Source: Orbicella franksi (taxonomy: Eukaryota). From it: a DNA stretch of 64,000 bases. This document shows positions 38,301 through 53,300 of this stretch, piece after piece; the stretch's first letter is position 1; each line of letters opens with the position of its first letter. Below the pieces are notes generated by a model. That model was not told the DNA's origin, ran no database searches, and worked only from the letters and a program-made list of their open reading frames with translations. The stretch lies in assembly GCA_964199315.1 (NCBI GenBank), contig OZ116699.1, positions 13,020,001 to 13,084,000 on the forward strand, given 5' to 3'. Position numbers and translations under genes: made by a program.

Positions 38301-41300
38301 CGCGGCTTTGCCGCTTGTTTTCGCGACTCGCGCGCTCTACCCAACTAAACCACCAGTTCGAGTCTCATTGAACCAATGACGTGTTCACAGACACATTTTG
38401 AAAGCTGTTGTTGAGTAAAACAAAGATAACGCCTGACTGTTTTGTTCCCGGAGAAGCAAACATTTGTAGCGGCAGCGTATTGAGGTGTTTGAAGAGAATT
38501 CTGGTGAAGTCGGCAAACGGTACATGTATCTAAAAATTTGCAATACCATACCATTAAAGTTAATAATAATGTACTAAACTTTTAGTATCTATTAATAATT
38601 TTTTAATGAAGTAATTGTTGTTTCAGTGGAGATGGACGAGCCCTGAGCTATCTGGCCTACTCTTTGGTGTGCAGCAGACACGTGACTCGTCTACCTCAGA
38701 ATATGACGGGAAAGGGTTCAAGAGTGCCCGCGGTGGAAGCGGTAACTACAGTCAGCAGTTTAACATGCCAGGAACTTATTTCTATTCAAGCGGTGCAGTG
38801 GATCCTTATGGAGCTATTGTCATGAAAGGAAAAGTGATCGTGAATGGCTTCAAGACCAAGTCCCATGACATTAAGGTGTTAGTTGGGGGGGTTGAGGCAC
38901 CTTATAACTTATCAGCTGTGAAGCCCACGGCTTCTAGTTCTCCTGATTGTCAGTCGGGCGTGACTAGTGCTATCCCACTATGCTCTTCTTCAGACCCTGC
39001 GTTACCAAACAACTCGTCTTTCTTAAGTTTCTCATTTTGGAAATGTAGTACACCGGAAGTGACGTCAATTATGCCAAACAACGGACGCAGTTCAACCCTC
39101 GTCACCATAAAAGGCAAAGGCTTTGGACTTGCTAATTGCCAGAACGGGGTCAAAATCGGCTCCAGTGACTGTGTGGTTCAAAGTTCTGCAGAGGATAAAA
39201 TCACTTGCGTAGTGTCCACAGGAAACCAATTGAGTGCTGGTAAGTTGACATTCTGTAATTGTTCTTGACATTTATCTCCCATATGACGTTATACAGATTG
39301 TATGAAGTCTGGGAAGAAGAACATAATTATGGTGATATTGACGGTTAAGGGCTTCAGATGAGATTATATGTGCATCTTTGCTCATGTCTCATTTCTCTTG
39401 GTCCATTGAGTGTTTTCTTTAAAAGACTTTTTTAATAATTTAAACTTACGTTTTTATTGAAGTTAATCATTGTTGTATACATTCATTGTTTTTCTTTTAG
39501 GTCTACCGCATAGTGTCTCCGTACGAGTGAATAACAGAGGATATGCCGCCATTAGAATAGAGAACAGCTTAAACTCTTCATTCAGCCTGCTGCCCACAGT
39601 ACAGTTCGTATCTCCACAGACAGGTTCCATGATGGGCGGCTCGATCCTGACTATCAACGGAGATGGCTTCTCTCCTAATCCTGATGTAAGGATCGGCAGA
39701 GCTCCATGTCAAATTCTATCATCTTCCTATACTCAGATCAAATGCCAGACAGCCGCCACCAGTACACCGCAGTCGCTTCCTGTCGTTGTTAGAGTCCATG
39801 GTGTGGAAAGCAACTGTGCCTCCAGCTGCATGTTCACTTACTCAGCCGCCAAAACTCCCAGAGTAGATTCCTTAATACCGTCGGCTATTGTCGGAGACGA
39901 TAACACTATTCGCATATACGGATCCGGACTCCCGAGCAAAGCGTCGGATTTGGACATAAAGATCGGAAACAGCTCCTGCACAGTAACGTCATCTTCGGAG
40001 TACTCGGCTTCGTGTCGGGTTGGCTCGGTAGTGGCGGGAAAACACGATGTGAAAATTCATGTAGCGGCTGAAGGATTCGCCATGTTCGAGGCCGGGGCAT
40101 CGCCTGTGATTGACAGCCTCGCTATCCTGTTGAGTATAACGCCGACGGAAGGAAGCTTCATGGGCGGAACGGAACTGTCAATCAAAGGAAGTGGGTTTGA
40201 CCCAGTCCCTGGCCGTACCACTGTGAAGATTGGTGCTAACTTTTGTTCCATTGTACGAGTCACGTCATCGGAAGTGATATGTAGGACTTCTGTCCATGAC
40301 CCAGGATCATTTGAGGTATGCTAATATTACTAGAAGTACTGAGGGAAAACTAAATTTAGTTTAGGGCGTTCCCATTGGATAATTCGAGTCAGGTGGTAGA
40401 TTCTGGCGGGTCAGAAACCAGGTGATGAACTTCACTTCAGTACAATTGAATTAATGCCCTATGGTCACCTACGTGTCCTAACAAAAAAGCTATGCGCGAG
40501 GAACATAGCATTTGTTACTTGTGTTTTGTTTTAGATATATCAGTGTTTTACAAATTTTCCTTCACTTGCGCCAGTTTTTTTTTCGTTGTGGGGGGAATTG
40601 ACTAATATATTATGTTGAAAGGAGGAAGCAAGGGAATCACACAAACAAGCTTTCATTTGAGCTCTGATTCAAGTATTTTAATAGTTTAACCCCCCATGAT
40701 TCAGCTGCACAAATAATGCGCAAATTGTCTTTTAGGTCATTGTGACAGCAAACAGCAAAGACTTTCCTCGTCTCCGTTACGCTTACCGAACATTTACGAC
40801 ACCATATGTAAAGTCAATTTCGCCTTCCCGTGGTAAAGGAGGAAAAAACGTTACCATTTACGGGTCTGGGTTCAGTACAGATACAGCGGACATGGACGTG
40901 ACAATTGCCAACAGCTCCTGTAGTGTTGTGACCAGCAGCGAAACAAGTTTGACATGCGTGCTGGATAATAGACCAGCAGGGATATATAGCATCATTCTGC
41001 GCGTGGAAGGCAAAGGCTTATCAGCTTACCCTACATCTGAAGCCGTGACATTTGCCTACGAAATAGCTCTCGCCAGTATCTCACCGAACGACTGTGGGCT
41101 TGGAGGAGGGAGAGTTGTATCCGTTAAAGGACACGGGTTTGATTCGTCCACCACTGTAAAGATCTGTGATGTTGTTTGTGCCACCATTAACAGTTCATTA
41201 GACGAGATCTACTGCGAAGTTCCTGCTTATACCGGACAGACTGAAAACCCTGATATTGCTTGTTCAGTGAGCGTGGTCGGAAGAAATGAAGTGACGTCAT

Positions 41301-44300
41301 CCAGGCCGGGGTTGTTCACGTATCGAGAGTCTCTTACGTCACGTATTACGTCAGTAAGTCCGTCACGTGGTGGAACAGGAGGTGGAGTACAACTCACCAT
41401 AAAAGGAAATGGTAAGTGAAAACGGCAGCGGCCGTGGACTTAATACAGAAAAGTCCTTCATAGAACCAGTTTTGTAAGTGGTCCTGTTAGCAGACAGCAC
41501 ATCTTGGTCGTTTTTTTTTCCTGCCGTAGTTTCGGATTTCATTTAAATAAATTCGTTTAAGTTCAAGACAAGTGGCTTGGCAACTTTTTATGAAGATCTT
41601 ACCTAAATTCCACAACAATTTGTTCTCTTCTCATCAGGGTTCAGTTCAAACGATGACGACAACAAAGTGACAATCGCTGGAATCCCTTGTAAGATAACTT
41701 CCTTCTCTCAAACCGAAATCCACTGTACAACAGGACCGCGGACAGGCACGATACAAACCAAGGTACGGGTGGAGGTTGGTAACCGAGGTATTGCGACCCA
41801 GGATCTCGCGGACTTCCAGTACATCGATGTGTGGTCGTCGCCGTTCACCTGGAGTTACAAGAGTCCGCCTGGGAAAGGAGACTTCGTTCAGATTCCCAAA
41901 GGACAAACAATTCTTCTTGATATGGATACTCCGGTTTTCTCTATTTTGGTCATTAGTGGGGAGTTAATTTTCGATGAGAAGGACCTCACACTAAATGCTG
42001 AAAAGATTCTCGTTGCTGATGGCGGAAAACTTCAGGTCGGAACCGAAGAAAGGCCATTTCAACACAAAGCTAAGATCGTTCTGCACGGTCACATGCACAA
42101 TAAGCGGTTGCCCATTTTTGGAACTAAAGTTTTAGCGGTCAGGCAAGGGACTTTGGACCTGCATGGTAAAGTTGTGCCGATCACGTGGACAAACTTAGCT
42201 ACGACCGCTTTGCGAGGTTTGTAGGAAAAATAATACATATACGAAAACAGTTCTCTGGTCGGCATATCAATAACAATAAGTGACGTTAGTGATATCATTG
42301 CTATTCATTAGAAAAAGTACTAAAACGCCGCTGAATAAAGGAAATTCTTTATAGTACCGTTGTTAATCTTTAGCAAGAACAAACATAAGAACATTGATCG
42401 CATGATATAGAAATTTGTTTGCGTCAGCTAAACGTTGTTTTCGTTTGAAAGTTTTAATCAGACTTTCGAAGCCACGTAGTTAATAGGAATCATATGATAT
42501 TCTTTTGAAATTTATATGGTTTCCATCCATGTCAAACAGCGCAAAAAGAAAAAACCACGCGGGCGCTGTATATAGCTACTGTTAGTCTTTACAGGAGCAG
42601 ATATCTTGAATTATAACAAGTGACACGCGATTAAATCTCGCAGATTAATTTAATTTTTTATACTGAATTTAATTTATTTTGTACGTAGGTGAAAGCCAGC
42701 TCGTTTTAAAACATGCTGTGACTTGGGAGATTGGTGATCAAGTGGTACTCGCCTCAACAAGTCGAAGTCAAAAGGAAAACGAAGAATTTAACATAACGAG
42801 TGTCTCTAATGATGGTCGAACCATCGGCATCACTCCACCAGTTAAATACCGCCACATTTCTCTTGTTCAAACCATCGCTGGAAGGATTATAGAAACACGC
42901 GCGGAGGTCGGGCTTTTGACTCGAAATGTTGTTGTTGAAGGTTCGGAAAATGACGAATGGACCGAAAGCATCCCGGAATGTCCGGATGGTTTCGACCCTG
43001 GTATTTTTGCAGTTCAAACCTGTTTCCAGGGACGCTATGGTAAGGCAACGGCAAGCGAGCAGTTTGGAAGCCAGATTATGCTCAACCCAAAAATGCCGAG
43101 TGAGGGACTGGTTATTGGTAGACTTTCTTACATCGAGGTGCGCAAAGCGGGACAAGCCTTTGGACTGGGTACGAGTAAATCACTATTTTACTGTACTTCT
43201 CCGATCTAATGCAATGGGCAATCGCTTAAATTTATTTTTTTCAGTTGCATTGAGCTTTAGCGCTGGATATTTGGGAATTGTTTAAGTGGATGTACTTTTT
43301 AACAAGCACTTTTTCTCCCTTATCTCTTCATCAAAACCAAACGCACCCTTATAACTAAATTTTGCAATCCGAAAGATCGATTTGAGAATTTTTGAAAGAG
43401 GTGGGGAATGTTTCTGAAGACAAAGAAGAGCGAAAGAAAACTGGAAGTTTATATCAACTAGTGTTAAGTAATAGTCTCCAAATGACACTGCTTCCGGGAT
43501 TGTTTCAATTTGATGTTCCCCGATTCCTGTGGTTGATTAGGTCATTGTCATCGTTTCTAATCCCTTCCATGGTTCCAGAGGTTGTGGAACCAGCGGACCT
43601 TTTGCTTTTTTGGTTTTTAATGCTTCTCTCTCAGCTCTCATTTCATTAAAGTTTCACTGCAAACCTCCTTAAATTGCACACTGGCCATTGGGAGTCTTAA
43701 GACACATTATCTCGTGTTTCGTTTGTAAATGGCAATAACTCAGTGTGAAGTTGCTACTTTTACATTTGTATGATTGCTGTTTACTTTGCCTATAATCAAA
43801 TCAAGCGTGAAAATAGCCGTGGCAAAGTATTTAAATGATCTGAATTAACTTCACGTTCCAGGTCGCTACCCAATTCATTTTCACCTGAGTGGTAACGTGA
43901 CCGGATCTTACGTCCGCGGCTGCGCAATCCATCACACCTTCAACCGTGCCGTGACAGTACATGGCGTATCGGGGTTACTTGTCGAACACAACGTTGCGAA
44001 CGATGTCATGGGTCACGCATTCTTCATCGAGGATGGAATAGAAACTGGTAACACCATACAGTATAACTTGGGTGTTGCTGTGCGGACATCCAGTACACTT
44101 CTGATAACTGATGTCACGCCAGCGACATTCTGGGTGACAAACCCGAACAACACGAGTAAGTACGGTTCATATACTGATACTGTTGTCATCAATGCAATAT
44201 ATTTCTATGCTTGCGATCGTTCGCTTCCATGTGATTCTCCGGTAAATTCATGTTTTACTTGTTTCCAGTCCGTCACAATGCGGCAGCCGGCGGCAGTCAT

Positions 44301-47300
44301 CATGGATATTGGTACAATTTGCCTACCCACCCGGGGGGTCCCTCGTTCACCACCTCTGTCTGCCCAAGCAATGCACCATTAGGAGAATTTCAGAACAACA
44401 CGGCTCATTCGTTCGGAAGGTAAAATATTCTTTGATGTCATATCACTCATATGTAACATTCATTTTTAACGTTTACCTGGTAAACTGATTTTATTAAACT
44501 GTAACTTCAATCTGTTAGGTATGGCGTGTGGATCTTTAAAGAGTACTTCCCGATGCAAGGAGGAAGTTGTGTTTCGAAAACATCCGCACCCGCCAAGTTC
44601 TACACACTGCTTGCCTACAACAACCTTAAAGGCTTCGAGCTCACAAGCGGTGGAGCTATTCAGACAATTAACTTCACTGTGCTAGACAACAAAGAAGCTG
44701 GTCTTGAGTTTACCAACCTAGTCGCTCCTTGGGGAGAAAATGGACCTTTAGTGAAGGATTCTCTCGTGGTAGGACATAGCGATGTGAGCGGAGGTCCCTC
44801 AACGTGCACTCAAGGAGGGCTTGTAGCACCGCAATCTTCGCGCCTCACCGTCTCTGGGACAACGTTCGTGAACTTTGACGCGCCGTCATGCGCTGCACTT
44901 CGTGGATGCTCATTCTGCCATGCGAGAGAGGGAGGTTTCACTACGAGATTCGAAAAAACACAGCTGATAAACTCGCCAAACAAGGCAGCCTTCAAATGGG
45001 AACACGAGAGCGTCTTTGAAGATCTTGATGGAACTTTAACAGGTTAGCGTGCGATGTTGATTATTAAAGAAAGCTTAAGCTTTGATTAAGTCGACAAAAT
45101 AATAACCTCTTACTAACCGAGCGCGAGGGCCGTACTGTGGAATATTGGCCCAAGGTCGTGACATTACGGACCGAGCGAAGCGGTTGGCTTAATGGTTTAG
45201 CACGCGCCTTCTGTCAGTTGGTATTTTCAATCATGCTATAATTTGTAATAGTTGTTTCGTGTGTTCAGTTGAATGGATGCCTGACGACCAGTTACATGAA
45301 GCTCAAAGTTAAATGCGTGACTATTATGATCATACATCTGCATTTACAACTGTTATGTAGCAACTCTCCAGTGCCTTAGAGAGACTAGACAAGTTATACT
45401 TTTCATTCACAATTTTCATTAGTTTTTTTTCTAAACAGCAGCAATTTATCTTAGATTTAAAAGCAATAGAAAATTTCGCCGCAAGGCCTGGTGTTAACGA
45501 AGCTTTGCTATCACACTTCAGGTTTGTCAGGAGGAGGGAGTGTTGTCCCTTCAAACCCCAATCTTCCTCCAAATCACTGTTCTCAATCTCCCAACGCAAG
45601 TGTAATCCACGTTTCCGGAAGTGTGTGTGACTCGACGGTGCGTTTCCGCCGGATGTCCTGGAACAAAGCGCTCCCAAGTTCCCTGCTTTATCGTGACGCT
45701 CTGTTAACAAATGAACATGGAACAAGCCGAGTTCCCTGGGAATTTATGAGGCTTACTCACAATCAAGGCTGGATGGCGACCGTAATTCTGGGACAAAACT
45801 ATAATTTTAGTTTTGACAACGCTCCTCAGCTCACCAACATTTCATACAGGTATAGTTGCGTAAGAAAACTTCTCGATAGCAGATGTGCCTTGTTCATTAA
45901 TGCGTCGCCTCATAGAAACTGTAACGTAAAAAGCGACTCTATAATACTGGGTCTGTGATCAAGCAGTGGGGTAATGTAGTGGAATCGTTGGGCTGTAAAG
46001 TACATTGTTCAGGGTCGGGTTGTTCAGAAGCCGGTTAACGCTTACCCAGGATTAAAAGTTAACTGAAGTATATTTTTTTCTTGTATACAAATGTTTTTCA
46101 TTGCTTATGTTTTGTGTATTTTGAGATTATTCGAACTCAAAACAGAAGGCCAAACAATACAAACAGAAATCCTCATCGCAAAACAAAATTCTCCCTTATC
46201 CTGGGTTTGCTTAATCGGGCTTTGAGCAACCCAGCACAGTTGTGCAAGTCGTTCCCATGGTAGTTTATCCTTAACTCGTAATGAGATGTTCGTCTTTTTT
46301 GCTCAAAAGGGCCCATATTATGGGAAGATTTTCGACAAGGTAGTATCATTTATTCCTACTTTAACCTGGTTGTGACTCTGTTAAGTTCTGTTATACCTGT
46401 CTGCACCATAGTATAGCAAAGGTCGTTGACAGTCCCTCTCCATCTTACTCTATCCTGCGCAAGTTAAACCAGGTTGTGCCAACTATAGCTGCATTTCGTT
46501 ATCTCAGCCTCCACACTCCTGCGCCATATGTTTCATGCCCAGAGCCGTTCCTGGGATTCTACCTCAGTGCCTGTATTTAAACAGTACACATAAAATTGCC
46601 GTTGTATGACTATAAGAGATCAGCCTTGTTTTCTTCTATGGTTAGCCACAGCTGATGCTCCCCGTTAGTGCTAATACTTGTATTTCTTTTCTCGTGTTTC
46701 TCGTTTTAGTGGGGCACTCTATGAATTTGATGCCGAGGACTTCATCTGGATGACTCACCCCGTGAAACAGGATCCAGATATGATATCTATAACTGGCAAG
46801 TTTGTCAACATGTCCAGCGGTATACCGTCTCCAGACAATGCGTCAAATGGCGACTGGTACTACAACAACTTCACCAAAGCACTGACTTACATCGTATCAG
46901 GAAAGGGAGCAGCGGGACTTGTTGACCGAAATATTAACATGCACGTGAGTATATCGCTTCATCATCAGTCATTGGGCAGGGATAGCGACGTAATGAGAGG
47001 GCTCGCCTCCCCCAGTGTGGCTCGGGTTTAAATCCGGTTCCGTGCCATACGTGGGTTGAGTTTGTTGTTGGTTCTTGCCTTGCTCTGAGGGTATTTCTCC
47101 GTGCTCTCGGGTTTTCTTCCCTCCAAAAAAACCAACACTCCAAATTTCCAATTCGACCAGGATAGAGGACCTGCATGAAAACCAGCCAAGGCTAACGTGG
47201 CTTCCTCTCTAAATATTGTAATGTATTTATTGTTCCTTTCCTATTTTATATAAAGCACTTTGATGATATTTTTTTTGTCGAAAGGTCAGCATAAATGTCC

Positions 47301-50300
47301 TTGGTATGATCCACTGTTGACTTATCTAAGACACTTAACATCTCTAGGTTGTACGTTGCTATTTCAAGAACTGTATCAAACCAATTCCACCCCCACCCCC
47401 TGAGAAACGTCCCTTAGTATTTGCTGTGTGGTCAGACCCGGACGCCTGGTACGGAACAGAGCCTGGATATGGAGGCCACAACAAACAGCTGCCTCAAGAC
47501 GGAGATGACGTCATCATCCAACAGCGTACGTCACACAGAAAACTAGAGTTTTTTACTTATAGTTTTTTGGAAGTGTTTTTTTTTTTTCTTTTTTCTTTTT
47601 TGCAATATGGTTAAAACCAGCGAGAGGTTTGCTAAAATTTTGAAAACTTGAAAATATTGAAATTTGCGAAACCTAAGGACTATAGTATAATAAAAACTTT
47701 GTGCCATTCCATAAAGAAAGTTAAAAGCTGCGTAGGGCTAGAATTAATGGTGGTTTTACGTGAATTCGTACCTATTTATTAAGGTGTCGTTAATGGAATG
47801 CTGTCGCTTTAATTTGTACGTGCGATGATTCGACATGTTGCAATAACGTCCTGTTCGTTTTCTTATTTGAGCAATTGCTTTTGAGTTTGGTTTACTGCTA
47901 AGACAGTTTTCATAATTTAGAAACGATTTACTTTAACAGCGTTCGTGAGACAGGCAAAAAGCGTTTAAAAATAAACTTTATGTAAATTACTATGCATTGT
48001 TTAATTCCTTCATTTATTCTTAGTTAACTTGAGTGGTTAATTAATTACACGTATAAATAAATTAATTATTAATGTTTGTTTGTTTAGACTGGTGGATGGT
48101 AGCGGATACTGAACTCCCTTACATGAGAAAACTCTTCATATACGGCACACTAGAACTAGAACCTTACATGGACTTTGTCCTCAACGTAACGGACATCGTG
48201 ATTGGTCAAGGAGGTAACCTCATCATTGGCTGGGAAGATCAACCAACGACTGGCAATGTATTAATTAGTCTTAACGGAAATATGGACAACCCAGACATTC
48301 CGGTCCAAGGTGGTCCTAATATTGGTTCTAAAGCTATAGGTAAGTATTAGAGTTGCATGTTGATTCTTGTAGCAAATGAAATGACCTTATAGAGTTCTAG
48401 ATCAACTTTTAGTCAAATTCTTTAACTCTTTCCAAACGGCTTAAACACTTAAATTCCAGCGCATTAAATGGATGTTCGACTATAAACAATTGACGATTCC
48501 TCAAAAGCAACTAAATCAAAATAACCTTCTCTTTCCAAGGTGTGTTCGGGAACTTGGAGATCCACGGCCTAAATAGATCAGTGTACTGGACCCGACTTAG
48601 CAAAACCGCTGACCCAGGAAGCAACGTCATCTATTTGCAAGAGGCGGTGGACTGGAAATCAGGGGAGGAAATTGTCATTGCACCGACTTCGTTTGAACCC
48701 TACGACACTGAAATCTACAAGATAGGTACGCTGGCCACTTATTTTGGTGAATGGAAAACATAGTATGAGCCAAAGTGTTGCTTGGTTTTGGTTCTAGATA
48801 GTGGCTGTCGTATATGATCATTTCTCCCCCTTTAGTTTGCGGCTTCTCTAGTTCCCTCATGAAAAGACGTGTGAATTTCGCTTGTCAAACGCGGAATTTC
48901 AATGTCAACCCATGTTTGTTTTCTACCAAGTCGACTTCGAATTGAAGAGGGTAGAGATGGACAGTGTAACAATCCAATAAATAGGAAAGTGTTTTTGAGT
49001 AAAAATTGCATTTCGCCGTGTAATCTCGTTTTCCTTTTCAGTTAACGTCTACCATGATCGCAAAACTCTTGAACTGAATGATACCCTGAAATACAGACAC
49101 ATTGCCGAGTCATACACCACAGGGAACTGGAACTACACATTAGCCGCTGAGGTGGGACTGCTGACCAGGAACATCGTGATCGAGGGCGCTGATGATGCCG
49201 ATCAAGTGCTTGATAAACAGTCGTTTGGAGGTCGCCTCTTGATTGGTTCATTTGAAGGCATGGAGTCAACTAACCGAAGGGTTCGTGTGGAGAATGTTGA
49301 ATTTCGCCATTGTGGACAGGAAGGGTGGCCTGATTACTTTGATCCAAGGTAATAAAAAATATGGCACAGGAATGTAATGGATGTGTTGACTGGAAAGGCG
49401 CGCCTTAATTATGTGCAACGAATAACCGAAAATTTGACTTGTTTTCTTTTAAAGATATTCACTGGCAATCTTGGATGCCGGAAATCTGAAGTCATCTTAC
49501 ATCCGGGGTAATTCATTCCATGACGGATTCAATACTGCTATTGGTGTATTTGGGACAAATGAGTTAACTGTTGTCGATAACGTCATTCACCACACAGTCG
49601 GCTCGTCCGTTAGAGTCTGGGGCAGGAATAACAAAGTTCTCCATAACTTGGCTGTATTGAGCGTTTCACCAGGTATTACAATCATGTGACTGTATTGTTT
49701 GAATCATAATTCTGAGCTGTTTAAGACTGTTCACGATAACGTTGAAGATTGCGAGCGGATTATGAATCGCGTAACAACCCCTCTCCATTTACTTCATGGT
49801 CAGATGTTTCGAAAGTTTTTTTTTTTTCTTAATCAGAAAAGGTCTCTAAAATCGATCGGAACGAGTAATGTACCTGTTATGAAGAGTAGGAGAAGAACGC
49901 AAGAACTTTATGTTCACAAGAGTTTGATTCCAAAGGAGGGCTGTTATCTATTTTTATTAGTCCTAATGGCTTCCTAACATAACTTGTATAGCAACAAATC
50001 CACGGAACCTAAATTCTTGAGCTTCTATTGATCTAAATTCTCAAACTATCGATTATTCTAGTTTTAGGTCGGAGTATGCTTGTCTCTTCAACACCGTGCT
50101 GAACGTCAAATATCAAACGTATATCATATGTAGTAAAGTAACTGATGTGCTATTTTATACAATAGCGACCTACAAAGGGAGATACGAGGTGAATAACAAA
50201 CTCTGGCATGCTTCCTTTGACATCAGCAAGGCATCCAATATTGTTCTTCGAGAAAATGCGGCAGCTGGAAGCGAAAGGGTTGGGTTCCACATCCGGGGTG

Positions 50301-53300
50301 AAAGTTGCTATGGAGATAAGTCTGAGGAACGATGGGAAGCTAACTTTGCTCACACCACCCTACACGGGATCCACATTGGCTTTAACGACGGACTGCCTGA
50401 CTGTCTCAAGATCGCTCATTTTGTTCTTTGGAAAAGCTGGGATTTTGGCGTGTTTGGTTATCCAGCCTCTCGAGTTATTATTCAGGATACAGTTGTTGCT
50501 GATAATAACTTAGGTGAGGAGAGTTAAGAAGTTGCGCCAGTTTTAACGTTTTCGAAAACATGACCTCTATTTTTGCTCATTACTTCCTCCTTCTATCATT
50601 TATCGACAAAAGACAAGAAGATGACATTTCTAACTATTGGGATTGAACTATATCGGATTTTAGAGAGTTAATTAACAAAAACAAAATGTTCTGGGTTTGA
50701 TCTAATTAGCTGCCAGAGGAAACGTTTTATTCTTATGAATATTGGTTACGAAGGACATAAAAAAGGTTTTTTTTTCGTTCAGAATGGTTAATTTGAAAAC
50801 GAGGGCTATACGGTATTGAATGAGTAATCCACCCATATTAAAAGTATGATAAACGGTAGCCTTTCTCAATAGCGAAGTATTTCGGTTGTCAGCAATCGAA
50901 TCTGACAGTAAATGAGCATCTTTAGAGTAGAGTTAGCGAAGGTCTTACGCTTCCACTTTAAAATTGATTATACGCTTAATTGTATTCAAACATAATTTTA
51001 GTAATACTGTTGTTATATCCAGGAATTCACGTTAACGTCTGGAGTCCTCCCGCTCTCTCTCACAAAACCGCTGACAAGTTTGTTCGCCTTGACCGAGTCC
51101 TGATTGTCGGTACCAGTCCCAGTTTTGACTGCGTCAGTGACTCGGTTGTGCCTCGAAACTCCGCCATCACGAAGCCACTCCGCGCGCCGCGCTCAAAAGG
51201 AGGCGGCCATATTGGTTTTATGCTGACAACGTTTTCGTCATCAACTAGCCTGGCACCAAAGTCACCCTGGCACAGTGTAGAGAGTTATCCAGCAATACGA
51301 GGCGTTGTTGAACTTAACAACGTTGGATTCGCGCATTTTGGCACAAAGTGTGGTCACGACAGTGTGGCATTAACAACTAATCCTATGTCTCCAGATGCCT
51401 TCCATCCAGTCGAGACAAAAGCCATCTCTTTGTATAATGTCGATAACGACAAGTTATTTTATATAACACCATCAAATATCGGGTGGATAAACCCTTCTGA
51501 CTGTATCGATATGGACTGTGATGGCGCCAAACACGTGCTCATTAAGGATCTGGATGGAACTCTCACTGGTGCTTCCGGCGGAAGTGTCATTTCCAAGGCT
51601 GAGTACGAGTGGAATGGAGATCCAAGGAGAGGCCTAAGTATGAGATTACTACAGAAATTGTCTTATCTGCCGTGACAGGGAAACAGTGCAAACTCAGCAA
51701 TTCACACAACTCCAGCTAGTATTAGTAAAGCGATCTTTCAACATGTGATCAGGAGTTGTAGCTGGCACTGTCTTGTGTTGTTTTATCCTGTATCTGTATT
51801 TTTTTTGTGAACACATACTCAATAGAGTGGAATGGTTATGAAACTCGACAAAGTTCTTTGTCGTATGTTTTTGTTCTCTCTATTTTGGCCTTGACCGTGC
51901 ACAAACACAATAGTTGTTTACCACTGACCGAGGAACTAACCAATAGAAATGTTTTGATTACGTAACTCATGCATAGTGTATGAACGAAAAACAAAAGATT
52001 GTGCACGGTCGTGGACCTTCCAACATAAACCTTGGCATTTTGTTTGCTCCTCTTATGTTTGCCGGGCTTCATAACCATTCCCCCCTATTAACTATGGTAA
52101 ACACGTGCATTGTATTTAATTAACTTCGACTACTTCAACCGAAATGCTCCTCTTAAACTAACAAATGAAAAAGGAATTTATTAATTATCTAACAAGGTTA
52201 ATATTTCCATTTTTCAGGCGATTACCGTATACCTAGAGGTTTCCTGACGTCATTAGATGGTTCACGTCTGAACGCCTCTGTCGTTGCACCGCATCACGGG
52301 ATTGTGCGAGGAACGCGTGCGCAGAGCTTTTGCTCGTGGAATTCTGCATGGAATGCGTACAATTGTACCAGTTTGGGTAAGAAATGAATGCAGCAAGTAT
52401 TATGGTGAAGTAGCCTTGGAACAAGTATCACTCACCTTGTAACCAATTTTTGTTGAAAAGTACTTAAATTCTCTTAAGATTATTTTCCTTTGACTAAAAT
52501 TAAAATATATGGTATCCACTAACGCTGAAGTTCGACCTCACACTCACAGTTATTTTTTGTGTTTGAGGTAAATATATTCGAACTTCACAGTACATGAAGG
52601 TGAAAAGAACAGTAATTAGTGCGCAGAAAAAGTTCATACAAGTAAGAAAACAATTCTTGTTGACACCATCTCTTCTTTTCCTATAGACTATCACATGTTT
52701 GTCATCGAGAGTTTGGACGCTGACACAGAACTTCGTAGACTCTCTCCAGTTGCTTTGTCATCCAATGGCTATACCGATCTGCTGAATGGACCAATGGATC
52801 ATGGCTGTTGCTTTGGATACGCGTGCATGGAGCGAATATCCACATTCTTCTCTATTGTGGCAACCCAAAACAACTATACTGTCTATTTCACAGGTGAACA
52901 GATTTACAATCATTGAATCTCCACCGGAATCTCTTGACGTAAAGTTTACTTTCATTCCAATAAAAAGGCAGACTCAAGGATCAATTTTTGCTTTAAAACG
53001 GAAGCAGTGGTTTAGTTTGCTCCTGTTTAGTTTAAACCTGTACACTTTAACAGTGTGCAAGAACAAATGTTCAGGCTTACCCTTGGGGTAAGCTTTAGCT
53101 ATGATGTACTGGCCCGAAAATCATTTTCACTACGTAGTGTAATGTGAATTTCGTCAACATTTTCCCAACAAATATTACTTGTCCATCGGGTGACGAGCAG
53201 AATCCATTAGCCGACTAGACAATCCACTAGTCCGGGCTATCGGACAGGACTACCTTTGCACATTGTTTCGTCTACATCTTTTCGATAACATTTTTGTATA

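Noticed and set aside
46974-47050. Possible tRNA gene
   Set aside because: The A and B boxes are degenerate, there is no complete cloverleaf, and it continues into a SINE body.
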